This document shows, piece after piece, positions 1 through 7,484 of a stretch of 49,355 bases of DNA. The number at the start of each line of letters is the position of its first letter. Positions within the stretch are counted from its first letter, which is position 1. The stretch is from a virus: IMG/VR virus record IMGVR_UViG_3300037458_000975; one strand, given 5' to 3'. The notes under the pieces are model-generated. The model ran no database searches. It was not told where the DNA came from and saw nothing but the letters and a program-made list of their open reading frames with translations. The position numbers and the translations under genes are program-made.

Positions 1-127
1 GCCGGGATGTGCGGGAGATGATGCTCAAGATCCAGGCCGAACGGATCAAGGCCGCCCCGCAGGAAGCCGACGCGCCGATCGAACTGGACAACTAACCCAA
101 CCGGGGCCGGGAAACCGGCCCCACAAT
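1..127. repeat. 127-bp terminal direct repeat (left copy), identical to 49229..49355
   Basis: Read directly: bases 1-127 (gccgggatgtgcggg...ggccccacaat) recur exactly at the 3' end of the window. This fits a circular or terminally redundant genome, or an assembler overlap. Confidence 0.95.
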
Positions 128-137
128 GGAGGCGACG

Positions 138-344
138 ATGGCAAAACGGTTGAAATTGGTTAGCTATTACGGTGTGGATCTCGGCCCGCATCGGCTGCCG
201 TTCGACGCATGGCCGGACGAGGCAAAGGCGATCGCGCAGGAATTGGCGCAACTGCGGAACCGGATCTATCGAATCGAACAGGAACGACAACGGTTGCTGC
301 ACGGGGAGTCTACGGGCACGCTGGACGACCTGTTCAGGGACTAA
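138..344 (+). CDS. hypothetical early protein (68 aa)
   Basis: ORF 126..344. The in-frame ATG at 138 is preceded by GGAGG (128-132). A strong hairpin-T6 terminator follows. No family recognised. Confidence 0.6.
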   Translation: MAKRLKLVSYYGVDLGPHRLPFDAWPDEAKAIAQELAQLRNRIYRIEQERQRLLHGESTGTLDDLFRD

Positions 345-360
345 CCCCCGGCCTCGCCAG

Positions 361-388
361 AAGGCCCCCTTGCGGGGGCCTTTTTTCT
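361..388 (+). terminator. rho-independent terminator
   Basis: aaggccccc-ttgc-gggggcctt forms a 9-bp stem, with a T6 run directly after the stop of 138..344. Confidence 0.8.
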
Positions 389-540
389 GCCCCAGGCAAG
401 GCCCCAGTGGGCGCTCGCTGAGAGGGCGCTGGTTGTGGCCGGTAGGTCGATTGCCGGTTTTCCGGTTTGCCCCAAAACCCGATAGCAATGATGAGACCCT
501 CTCCCCCTGACCCATGCTCTAATTCCCCCGGGAGTATAGG

Positions 541-574
541 TCTAAGTTCTTTTTTTATTTTTTTTTCTAAGAAG
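541..574. other. AT-rich tract (T7-A-T9) flanked by tctaag direct repeats
   Basis: tctaagttc-ttttttt-a-ttttttttt-ctaagaag, in an otherwise >60% GC genome. It lies inside the largest non-coding region (389-744). Confidence 0.7.
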
Positions 575-629
575 TACATAGTACACCACCTGGCACCAAG
601 ATGGTGCGGAAGTGACCGGGGGGAATGGC

Positions 630-658
630 TTGACCCCTGAAGGGAGAATGGGTATCAT
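630..658 (+). promoter_or_regulatory. sigma70-like promoter (TTGACC-17-TATCAT)
   Basis: -35 at 630-635, a 17-bp spacer, and -10 at 653-658, about 85 nt upstream of the ATG at 745. Confidence 0.55.
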
Positions 659-744
659 GTTTGCAATCGGGTTTTGGGAAACATCGGCACACCGGCAACC
701 GGCATCCCAGCAACCGACACCCACCTCACACAAGGAGCACCATC

Positions 745-1461
745 ATGGCTGGCAAACCGCAGGATCAAGAAGTTAAGCTCAAGGGGAAGACGGAGCCGCT
801 TATCTGGGCCGTGGCGCAGGCGTTCGAAAGGCAACACGGGGAACGGCTGGAAGTGCGGGTGGCGCAGGACGAGGAGGAAGCGGTTCGGTGGAGGCTCAGG
901 TGGTACACGTTTCAGCGGCGGCTGCAGGCGAGTTATGATAGGGTGGGGAAAGGAGGACTTGGGTGGGACTATCAGCAAGCGATGCTGGCACAGGTCAGGA
1001 TCGGGCCGAGGCAGGGGTGGGTCACGCTGCTCTCGCCCTCGTCGCTCAACGATGGGATTTGGCATGAAGCGATGGCGAGCCTCGGACTCGCGGGGGACAA
1101 GCTGATGGAGCATCTCGATCCGCGAGAACTCGGACGAAGCCGCCGACAACGGGAGGATGCGATTATGGACAAGATCGACACGAAGAAGGAACAGAAGTTG
1201 CTGGATGACATGGGGATCACGAAAGTGCGGGTGGAGAAGATCGAAACGAGCGAAGGGGCGTTCGAGTTCGAGGAGCCGGACGACGGGCTCACCGCGGCGG
1301 AGCGGCTCAACATCTCGATGGGGCTGCCGAAGGACTACCAGCCAGTCACCCAGCAATCGGCAGCCGGCGAATCCGCGACCCCACCTGGCGACCCCGCAGA
1401 GGACGCGGTCGAGGCGTTCCTCGCCCGAAGCCGGCCGCAAAGCGGCGCAAAAGGGGATTGA
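745..1461 (+). CDS. hypothetical early protein (238 aa)
   Basis: In-frame ATG at 745 inside ORF 661..1461, with AAGGAG at 732-737. The C-terminal half is acidic. No family recognised. Confidence 0.65.
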   Translation: MAGKPQDQEVKLKGKTEPLIWAVAQAFERQHGERLEVRVAQDEEEAVRWRLRWYTFQRRLQASYDRVGKGGLGWDYQQAMLAQVRIGPRQGWVTLLSPSSLNDGIWHEAMASLGLAGDKLMEHLDPRELGRSRRQREDAIMDKIDTKKEQKLLDDMGITKVRVEKIETSEGAFEFEEPDDGLTAAERLNISMGLPKDYQPVTQQSAAGESATPPGDPAEDAVEAFLARSRPQSGAKGD

Positions 1462-1486
1462 CAAGGCCGCACGGCCATGCCAATAT
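1458..1486 (+). promoter_or_regulatory. sigma70-like promoter (TTGACA-17-CAATAT, TGn upstream of -10)
   Basis: Consensus -35 at 1458-1463, tgc + caatat at 1478-1486, upstream of the gene at 1542. Confidence 0.45.
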
Positions 1487-1541
1487 CCAATCGTCGCCCG
1501 CGGTGGGCGATCACTGAAAACCTCTCAATCGGAGATCAAAG

Positions 1542-2036
1542 ATGAACGACGAAGTCAAGACGAAGTTTTGCGAGAAGGACTACGACAACGGCACGGGGCT
1601 GGCCTACTTCCAGTTCGGCAACGGGACGAAGCTGGAGATCAACGTCAACGAACTGTCGGACGAGATCCGGCAGGAGCTGATGTTCCACGGGCTGATGCAG
1701 AAGGTCGGGGACTCGTATGCGGGCGCGAAGGCGAACTATGCCGAGGGCATCGCGAGCGCGCAGAAGGTGATCGACCAGCTGATCGCCGGGGAGTGGGCGG
1801 CGAAGCGGGCGGCCGGCGAGGGCAAGCCCCGCGTCGGCGAACTGGCCGAAGCCATCGCGCGCGTCAAGGGCGTGGCGATCGAGAAAGCCGCAGCGGCGGT
1901 CGCGAAGGCGACGAAGGAGCAGGTCGCGCAGTGGCGGAAGCTCGGGAAGGTCAAGGAAGCGATCCTCGCTATCCGGATGGAAAAGCTGGCGCGCAGCAAG
2001 CCGGCCGCGGACGAGGGGGAGATCAACCTCGACTAA
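1542..2036 (+). CDS. hypothetical early protein (164 aa), paralog of 48853..49323
   Basis: GGAGA RBS before the ATG. By eye it aligns with the 48853 product (F.dG...l.di...G..QK..Ds.A.a.n..E...L.aG.w, then a Lys/Ala-rich helical tail). A terminator follows. Confidence 0.7.
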   Translation: MNDEVKTKFCEKDYDNGTGLAYFQFGNGTKLEINVNELSDEIRQELMFHGLMQKVGDSYAGAKANYAEGIASAQKVIDQLIAGEWAAKRAAGEGKPRVGELAEAIARVKGVAIEKAAAAVAKATKEQVAQWRKLGKVKEAILAIRMEKLARSKPAADEGEINLD

Positions 2037-2060
2037 CCAGCTGGTCGCCCAGCGAACGCA

Positions 2061-2091
2061 GGGGGCAGTCCGAAAGGGCTGCCCCTTTTTG
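2061..2091 (+). terminator. rho-independent terminator
   Basis: ggggcagtcc-GAAA-gggctgcccc forms a 10-bp stem with a GNRA loop, followed by T5. Confidence 0.8.
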
Positions 2092-2129
2092 CTTGCGGAA
2101 AGCGGGGCGTGAAGTGGCCGGGAGAATCA

Positions 2130-2158
2130 TTGACATTGCCCCCGGGACATGGTATCGT
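2130..2158 (+). promoter_or_regulatory. sigma70-like promoter (TTGACA-17-TATCGT, extended TGn)
   Basis: Perfect -35 at 2130-2135 and tgg+tatcgt at 2150-2158. It opens the run of coupled small genes that starts at 2202. Confidence 0.6.
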
Positions 2159-2201
2159 GACGATACCGGCCCCTTGGCCGGCAACCAACGGAGCCCGAAC
2201 C

Positions 2202-2372
2202 ATGCAGCAACCGATGCGATACCACAATCCAGTCCGCGTTTGGGAGCGGAACCCAAACACGGGACTCTGGACAAGCCGCCCGTGGCACAGCGCCGCGGAG
2301 ATCCGAGAGTATTGCCGCGAAACCGGCGCGCAATACAATCAATTCAGCGACATCAACCGGAGGCAATCATGA
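2202..2372 (+). CDS. hypothetical protein (56 aa)
   Basis: In-frame ATG at 2202 inside ORF 2109..2372, downstream of the predicted TSS, with GGAG 9 nt upstream. Confidence 0.45.
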   Translation: MQQPMRYHNPVRVWERNPNTGLWTSRPWHSAAEIREYCRETGAQYNQFSDINRRQS

Positions 2373-2599
2373 CCGCCATCGTAGATCCCGCGATCAAGAC
2401 CAAGAAGCAACTGAAGGAATCCGCCCAGTCCGCGGACTTCGCCCGGCAGCTTTTCACCGAGCCAAGCCCCTGGGTAGACCGCATCCGGCCCTATGAGTCC
2501 ATGCTCGTAGGAGAGACCATCGTAGTGACCAACCACCCGAAGCGGAGCTGGTTCGCCCAGATCACCCGCAAGTCGGCCACGCAGTGGAGCGTCAAATGA
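2369..2599 (+). CDS. hypothetical protein (76 aa)
   Basis: ATGA overlap with the upstream stop and GGAGG at 2358-2362. This is the C-terminal part of the spurious long ORF 1157..2599. Confidence 0.55.
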   Translation: MTAIVDPAIKTKKQLKESAQSADFARQLFTEPSPWVDRIRPYESMLVGETIVVTNHPKRSWFAQITRKSATQWSVK

Positions 2600-3033
2600 C
2601 CACCGACATCGACGATCTGATGGCCGCGCTCGACGCGGAAGTCCCGGCGAAGGGCAGCAAGACCACCAAGCCCCCCGCAATCCAGCGGGTCGCCCAGCGA
2701 ATCCGGCCCGCAGTGGACGTGACCGAGCCGGACAGTGGATGGCACGCGACCGCCAGGGTCGTGCTCGTCCAGCACCAACGATGCACCTGCTGCGGGAACG
2801 TCGTTAGCGCGATCGCGAACCACTTCGTCCAATACGAAAGGCAACACCGCGACGCCAGCCACTCGCGGGTGCTCAAGGCCCTCACGCTCGTCAGCGAGCG
2901 CACGCTCCCCCGGCTCGTCGAGCACGCCCAGATCGAAGTGCCGGAGTGCTGGGCCTGCCTGCTGGCGGAGGAGTATGTCGCAGCCCTCGGGCTGGACGAT
3001 ATCGTAGTGCCGCAAGGGAGTCTGTTCCAATGA
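2596..3033 (+). CDS. hypothetical protein with two Cys pairs (145 aa)
   Basis: ATGA overlap at 2596. CTCC and CWAC motifs suggest a zinc-binding fold. Confidence 0.6.
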   Translation: MTTDIDDLMAALDAEVPAKGSKTTKPPAIQRVAQRIRPAVDVTEPDSGWHATARVVLVQHQRCTCCGNVVSAIANHFVQYERQHRDASHSRVLKALTLVSERTLPRLVEHAQIEVPECWACLLAEEYVAALGLDDIVVPQGSLFQ

Positions 3034-3227
3034 GCCCGAAAACCGGCTGGTTCTATCTCCTCAACTACACCCCAACCGGCTGGGTCATCACCGACCGGGA
3101 AGCGGATTGGGCTAAGTCCCGTTGGTTCGCCCGGTCGCTCAATGGGCTCTATCTACTCGTCCCGCAAGACGGCCGGGTGTTCCAGATCGGCGCCCGTGTC
3201 TCTCCTCGAATCATCCTCGGAGTCTGA
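3030..3227 (+). CDS. hypothetical protein (65 aa)
   Basis: ATGA overlap at 3030, in frame with ORF 2946..3227. Confidence 0.5.
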   Translation: MSPKTGWFYLLNYTPTGWVITDREADWAKSRWFARSLNGLYLLVPQDGRVFQIGARVSPRIILGV

Positions 3228-3231
3228 AACC

Positions 3232-3726
3232 ATGCTACCCAACCTCACTGAAAAGATCGCCTACTACCGCGACCAGATCGCCAACCACCAGCGCAACATC
3301 GAGACGCTGACCGAGCTGTCCGCCTCCGGCTTCCCGCAGATGCTCGAGGATCTCGAGCCCGGCTGGACTTGGCACACCTTCCGGGGCTACCTCGAGCGTC
3401 AGTATATCCACGGCGATCTCACCATCGCTGTCTCCAGCTACGCCGCCCACAAGCTCGTAGTCATCCTCAGCAAGATCGAGACCGACTTCGGGGTTGAGTT
3501 CGACTCCGTGACCAGCAACGACGGCGACACCAGGTCGTTCTTTGTCTACGTCGAGGTGGAGGGGCTGCCCCACGAGATCCGCCTGCAGATCAACGCCAAG
3601 CTCCTCCCGGACAGCGCCTGCGTGAAGCAGATCGCGGGCTATCGGAAGAAGACTGTCTACCAGGAGATCGAAGTGGACGAGCCGATCGTCGAGGTGCTGT
3701 GCAACGAGTCGCCGGAGGTAGCATGA
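3232..3726 (+). CDS. hypothetical protein (164 aa)
   Basis: ATG at 3232 inside ORF 3142..3726, 4 nt after the previous stop. Confidence 0.65.
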   Translation: MLPNLTEKIAYYRDQIANHQRNIETLTELSASGFPQMLEDLEPGWTWHTFRGYLERQYIHGDLTIAVSSYAAHKLVVILSKIETDFGVEFDSVTSNDGDTRSFFVYVEVEGLPHEIRLQINAKLLPDSACVKQIAGYRKKTVYQEIEVDEPIVEVLCNESPEVA

Positions 3727-3959
3727 GGTACGAGAACTTCACCCTTGTCTCCACCGTTGGCGAGAGGCACAATACGATGTATTATGCCCAGGTCGATGAG
3801 GTCTCCCGGCCATTCCCCTTCCTCCGCGAGAAGCGGATCCGGCGCGACATCTGCCGCGCCTACGGAGACAGCTGGTTCTTCCTCGATACGGGCGAGTTCA
3901 CGCCGGGCTGGGAGGTCGAACGCCTTGAGCGTGCGTGGGTAGCGCAAAGCAAGCGCTGA
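3723..3959 (+). CDS. hypothetical protein (78 aa)
   Basis: ATGA overlap at 3723, with GGAGG 5 nt upstream. Confidence 0.55.
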   Translation: MRYENFTLVSTVGERHNTMYYAQVDEVSRPFPFLREKRIRRDICRAYGDSWFFLDTGEFTPGWEVERLERAWVAQSKR

Positions 3960-4050
3960 CGGCATCAGTCCCCGGGCGTTAGCTCGTGCGCGAGCCCGAG
4001 CTAGTGTCCGAGGGCAGGGGTCGTCCCTGGTAGCAGAACGGAGAACGAAG

Positions 4051-4263
4051 ATGCACAAGACGAAGCGAAACGGGCGCTGGCAGTATCGGTATTGGCACCG
4101 CGGGCAGCCCAAGAAAAAGTTCCTCACCCTCGAGCGGGCAATCAGCCGCTCGATCCGGCGGGTTCTCGCGGGGGAGTTCAAGTCGATCGTCCTCGAGGAT
4201 CGCCGAGGGCGGGTCGAGGCGGAGATCATCGCCTTCCGCAACAAGATCGAGGTGCGGACATGA
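4051..4263 (+). CDS. small basic protein (70 aa)
   Basis: GGAGAA RBS. The sequence is Lys/Arg-rich (MHKTKRNGRWQYRYWHRGQPKKK...), so it may bind nucleic acid. Confidence 0.55.
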   Translation: MHKTKRNGRWQYRYWHRGQPKKKFLTLERAISRSIRRVLAGEFKSIVLEDRRGRVEAEIIAFRNKIEVRT

Positions 4264-4598
4264 CCACCGCAACCCAGACAATCCGCGTCACCTTCCACGG
4301 CCTCGATCTCGAGGTCGAGGGATCGCACTTCCCCTACCGCGCAGGCACCGGCTGGGGCGACCGGTGGGGACCCCAGCCGGACGAACCGGAGGAGTTCGAG
4401 ATCTCCAGCGTCCGAGCGCTCGACGACTACGCCAGGCCGGTTGGGCCGGATCTCTTCGACTTCATCGACTCCCTCGCACGCGAGGCGATCCGCGAACTCG
4501 AGCGACTGTGTCTCGACACCCTCCACATCCAAGCGGAAGCCGCGGCCGAGGCCAGGGCGGACGCCCTCTTTGACGGAAGGAACGACTATGATCTATGA
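4260..4598 (+). CDS. hypothetical acidic protein (112 aa)
   Basis: ATGA overlap at 4260, in frame with ORF 4092..4598. Confidence 0.6.
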   Translation: MTTATQTIRVTFHGLDLEVEGSHFPYRAGTGWGDRWGPQPDEPEEFEISSVRALDDYARPVGPDLFDFIDSLAREAIRELERLCLDTLHIQAEAAAEARADALFDGRNDYDL

Positions 4599-4755
4599 TC
4601 CCTACTCCGGCGAGCAACTCCGCGCACTCCGTGCGCTGCCCCGGCACCACGCAGTTGAAGTCTCGGCGAGCGCCATCCCGCGGTTCCGCTGGGCCGACAC
4701 CGCAGTCGTGTTGGCCTGCATCGCGGCCTGGCTGATTGCGCAGGTGTTCGGATGA
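4588..4755 (+). CDS. small membrane protein (55 aa)
   Basis: ATG at 4588. The C-terminal hydrophobic segment AVVLACIAAWLIAQVF looks like a transmembrane helix. Confidence 0.45.
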   Translation: MIYDPYSGEQLRALRALPRHHAVEVSASAIPRFRWADTAVVLACIAAWLIAQVFG

Positions 4756-4892
4756 GCCCACATCGACGCTGGTACGATAGCCCGGACGACAACTACCCCG
4801 CCTGGCTCGACAACGCAATGGCAGGCGCTTGTCTGCTGGCCACGATCGTGGTGCTGGTATTGCTGCCCTATTGGTTTGGAGGCCCGCAATGA
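4752..4892 (+). CDS. small membrane protein (46 aa, below the ORF-track cutoff)
   Basis: Hand-translated as MSPHRRWYDSPDDNYPAWLDNAMAGACLLATIVVLVLLPYWFGGPQ. It has ATGA overlaps at both ends and one TM-like segment. Confidence 0.45.
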   Translation: MSPHRRWYDSPDDNYPAWLDNAMAGACLLATIVVLVLLPYWFGGPQ

Positions 4893-5200
4893 CCGACTAC
4901 CGAGAGCTGATTCGCGAGGCGTGTGCGCAGGCGTGCGAATCTGACCGCAGAAGTGGCCTTGATAAGCTCATTCGACAGAAGTGCGCCGATGCCATCCGCT
5001 CCCTCGACCTCGACAAGATCGCGCCGAGGCCGGAGCCGGTTGGATATGCAAACAGAGAAGATTTAGAGGACGCATTACGACTAGGCACGTCCATCGTCTT
5101 TTGGGCAAAGCAGGAATCGTTAGTTTCCGGAGGTGTCCGAATTGACTATGACGTTCCACTCTATGCCGACCTCGAATTCTGCGCCGGGGTGAAGCGATGA
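4889..5200 (+). CDS. hypothetical protein, module X-Y paralog (103 aa)
   Basis: ATGA overlap at 4889. It shares the EPVGY...GVRIDYDVPLY module and a Cys-containing helical module with 5872..6417. Confidence 0.6.
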   Translation: MTDYRELIREACAQACESDRRSGLDKLIRQKCADAIRSLDLDKIAPRPEPVGYANREDLEDALRLGTSIVFWAKQESLVSGGVRIDYDVPLYADLEFCAGVKR

Positions 5201-5203
5201 GCG
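5174..5203 (+). repeat. 30-bp direct repeat, copy 1 (27/30 identical to 5849..5878)
   Basis: gaattctgcgccggg-gt-gaagc-g-atgagcg compared with gaattctgcgccggg-ag-gaagc-c-atgagcg. Confidence 0.85.
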
Positions 5204-5565
5204 ACGATACGATTAAGCCTGTCGCTTACATTCAGTCCGACCACTTAGACGTTCTTCGCCGCTCTGGAATGAAGCATCTTGTCCGCATGAGCGCGAACCA
5301 AGACGATCCATGCCTTACCGCGCTATACACAGAACAGGCATTGTTTGCTGCGCGCCAACAGGCACTTGATCACGTAATGACGCGCATCCCATCGAACCTT
5401 CCGCATGACGATCCGTATCGACCAGTCAATCTCGGGTGGTCGCAATGCTGCGAATACATGCGCGGCGCAGTAGATGACTTGCGGCACGTTGATCTCGAAT
5501 GGTCCTACGACAAGATCATGAGCGAGATCGAATCAATGAAGGACACGGACAAGGAGCATCCATGA
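5197..5565 (+). CDS. hypothetical protein (122 aa)
   Basis: ATGA overlap at 5197. The ORF is clean. Confidence 0.6.
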   Translation: MSDDTIKPVAYIQSDHLDVLRRSGMKHLVRMSANQDDPCLTALYTEQALFAARQQALDHVMTRIPSNLPHDDPYRPVNLGWSQCCEYMRGAVDDLRHVDLEWSYDKIMSEIESMKDTDKEHP

Positions 5566-5846
5566 GCGCGAACATGAACGAAACGACAGGCACGAGCGGA
5601 TGGATCGGCACGCAAGCCGTCAAAGTGAAGAACTGGAACGAGCAGACAGAGGACGAGAAGCTGAACGCCCTGCGCGATCATGTCGAATGGCTAACGCATC
5701 GGTTGCGCGACGCGGAGGAAACGATCCGCCTTCTTCGGTTCCATCAGCACTCCTCGAGCGGCGACATAGTCATCTTCATGCGCGGAGTTGAAAGCAAGAT
5801 TGAACCTCATGCAATGGGACTCCCGACGAACTTAAGGTGGGCGTGA
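5562..5846 (+). CDS. hypothetical protein (94 aa)
   Basis: ATGA overlap at 5562, with AAGGAG at 5551-5556. Confidence 0.6.
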   Translation: MSANMNETTGTSGWIGTQAVKVKNWNEQTEDEKLNALRDHVEWLTHRLRDAEETIRLLRFHQHSSSGDIVIFMRGVESKIEPHAMGLPTNLRWA

Positions 5847-5848
5847 TG

Positions 5849-5878
5849 GAATTCTGCGCCGGGAGGAAGCCATGAGCG
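5849..5878 (+). repeat. 30-bp direct repeat, copy 2
   Basis: See 5174..5203. A 9-codon relic ORF (MEFCAGRKP, 5846-5875) mimics the C-terminus ...EFCAGVKR of 4889..5200. Confidence 0.85.
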
Positions 5879-6417
5879 GCATCGTTGTTGAACTTCACAG
5901 CCTGCATACTCAGGCGACGCGTGAACGCTCGCATTACTACGTCGGAAAGGTTGCGTTAGCTGCTGCGTCTAGGATCGTTGAGCTAGAGCGCGAACTTGCC
6001 GAGGCCCGTGCGGAGATCGAGCGGCTGCAAAAGTACGAGGACGAATGGGCTCGTATGTCTCAGGACGAAGGAAAAGCGGAGCGGGAAATCGAGCGGCTGC
6101 GTGTGGATATCGAGAAACTCCGTTCCTGCCTCGAAGCCTTCGCGCAGGCAGGGGAGCCGGTGGGCTACGGGAACAAAGAGAACATCGCAACGTCGCGGCC
6201 TAACGGAACGCCAATTATTGCTTGGCCGCACGAAGGAGCATCCGTCGAAAACGGGGTACGGGTTGACTACGACGTGCCGCTCTACACCGCCCCGCTTCCC
6301 GCTGACCGCAACGCAATCTTGGAGGAGGCGCGGCAGGCATGTCTTAGGATTGGCGATCACGCTGCTGCGGTAGGTCTGTGTGCCGCCGCTATCGAGGCGC
6401 TGAAGGAGAAACCATGA
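5872..6417 (+). CDS. coiled-coil protein, module Y-X paralog (181 aa)
   Basis: It has EIERL repeats and the EPVGY...GVRVDYDVPLY module, followed by a Cys-containing helical module. This is the permuted order relative to 4889..5200. Confidence 0.65.
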   Translation: MSGIVVELHSLHTQATRERSHYYVGKVALAAASRIVELERELAEARAEIERLQKYEDEWARMSQDEGKAEREIERLRVDIEKLRSCLEAFAQAGEPVGYGNKENIATSRPNGTPIIAWPHEGASVENGVRVDYDVPLYTAPLPADRNAILEEARQACLRIGDHAAAVGLCAAAIEALKEKP

Positions 6418-6656
6418 CCCTGCATACCTGCTCTTACTACTGCGACAGGCCGGAGTGCATCAAGGCACAGCGGGACGAGCTACGCGACCGAGCGCACGCC
6501 GCGCAGGAAGTCTATGCCGGGTTTGAGGGCTTCATCCCGCAGACTGCGCCCGAGGGGTACTGCCTGTGGATCATCCGGAAGATGGCGCACGCGCTGATGG
6601 GCGTTAGCCAATCCCAACCGCAAACACCCTGCCATGCCGAGGAGACGCAAGCATGA
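6414..6656 (+). CDS. small Cys-rich protein (80 aa)
   Basis: ATGA overlap at 6414 after GGAGAAACC. The N-terminus reads MTLHTCSYYCDRPEC. Confidence 0.55.
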   Translation: MTLHTCSYYCDRPECIKAQRDELRDRAHAAQEVYAGFEGFIPQTAPEGYCLWIIRKMAHALMGVSQSQPQTPCHAEETQA

Positions 6657-6880
6657 TGGAGCAACATCGACTACAGCGCACGTTACGAATGGGGCGCAAC
6701 AGGGATCTGCACCGAGAGCGAAAGTCATGGCGATTCGGCGCTGGGTTCCGCACCAGCCGATTCTCCGGAGCGATATGGTTGTGTCAAGCCAACAAGGGCT
6801 GTCGATACCGCCCGATCATCAGGAGCTTCTTATGGATTACGGAAGATACCTTACGCGAGGCGAGCAAGGAGAAGCCATGA
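6653..6880 (+). CDS. possible small basic protein (75 aa)
   Basis: ATGA overlaps at both ends and a C-terminal ...KEKP like its neighbours. The alternative frame (ORF 6634..7233, ATG at 6727) is equally open, so the call is uncertain. Confidence 0.3.
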   Translation: MMEQHRLQRTLRMGRNRDLHRERKSWRFGAGFRTSRFSGAIWLCQANKGCRYRPIIRSFLWITEDTLREASKEKP

Positions 6881-7233
6881 GCCGCGCCAACGACGTAGTT
6901 CGCCTGAGCGGCGACGAATATGACCGGCTAATCCAAGAACATCATGAGCATTACCGCTACCGAAAGGAATTGGCTGACGATCTCGCAGAAGCCCGTTCTG
7001 AGATCGAGCGGCTGCGGAAGCAACTTCTTCTCGCCGGCGATGAGATTGAACGCTTAAACGTCAGGACAGACGAGCGCGACGAGGAGATCGAGCGGCTGCG
7101 CGCCGAACGAAAGTGCGGCAAGCCTTGCACTGGCGCCCACTGGATCGCAAAGCCGGACAATCCTGGGGTTGCTTCGACTACTTATTCAGCTGTGTGTTCA
7201 GGATGCGGTGCGCCCGCAGAGGAGAAGCCATGA
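6877..7233 (+). CDS. coiled-coil protein with C-terminal Cys cluster (118 aa minimum)
   Basis: GGAGAAGCCATGA junction at 6877. It carries three EIERL repeats plus CGKPC...CSGC. It may start earlier, at 6727 in the same frame. Confidence 0.6.
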   Translation: MSRANDVVRLSGDEYDRLIQEHHEHYRYRKELADDLAEARSEIERLRKQLLLAGDEIERLNVRTDERDEEIERLRAERKCGKPCTGAHWIAKPDNPGVASTTYSAVCSGCGAPAEEKP

Positions 7234-7484
7234 CCCACCCACAGTTCATCGCCCTCGAATCCCTCGGCATCCTCCGGTGGCGCTGGGATCAGTTGCTCAC
7301 CGAGCGCGAGGTCCGGCGGCGCCGCCGCCTGTTCGCCTCGTTCAGCAAGCTGCTGGTCGAACTCCGCCTGATTGAGTCCGGCCACTCCGTGGCCGCGCTC
7401 GGCGCTGGCATCAACTCCGCCGGAGAGCACGGGCTGATCGTCGTGTTCTCCCCAGAGGACATCATCCGGGAGGCATCCGCATGA
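7230..7484 (+). CDS. hypothetical protein (84 aa)
   Basis: GGAGAAGCCATGA junction at 7230. Confidence 0.55.
   Translation: MTHPQFIALESLGILRWRWDQLLTEREVRRRRRLFASFSKLLVELRLIESGHSVAALGAGINSAGEHGLIVVFSPEDIIREASA

Noticed and set aside
420-503. Possible tRNA or structured RNA: a perfect 7-bp pairing gagaggg (420-426) / ccctctc (497-503) enclosing ~70 nt with small internal hairpins
   Set aside because: It has no T-loop (GTTCRANYC), no U8/A14/G18G19 and no D-arm or anticodon-arm geometry, and its 84-nt length does not fit the layout. Not a tRNA; at most an unverified RNA structure.
541-574. T-rich run as an intrinsic terminator
   Set aside because: No GC-rich stem immediately precedes the T-tract, and the real terminator of the upstream gene is at 361-388.
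1157-2599. 480-aa plus-strand ORF spanning several annotated genes
   Set aside because: The translation is Arg/Gly/Ala-rich and low in complexity, typical of an off-frame in GC-rich DNA. It crosses a terminator and a promoter. Only its last 76 codons (2369..2599) behave like a gene.
6634-6876. N-terminal extension of ORF 6634..7233 (199 aa) as one gene
   Set aside because: The start at 6634 would overlap 6414..6656, and the first 80 codons are unconvincing. The conserved GGAGAAGCCATGA junction at 6877 argues for a shorter gene. The start at 6727 cannot be excluded and is noted in the feature.
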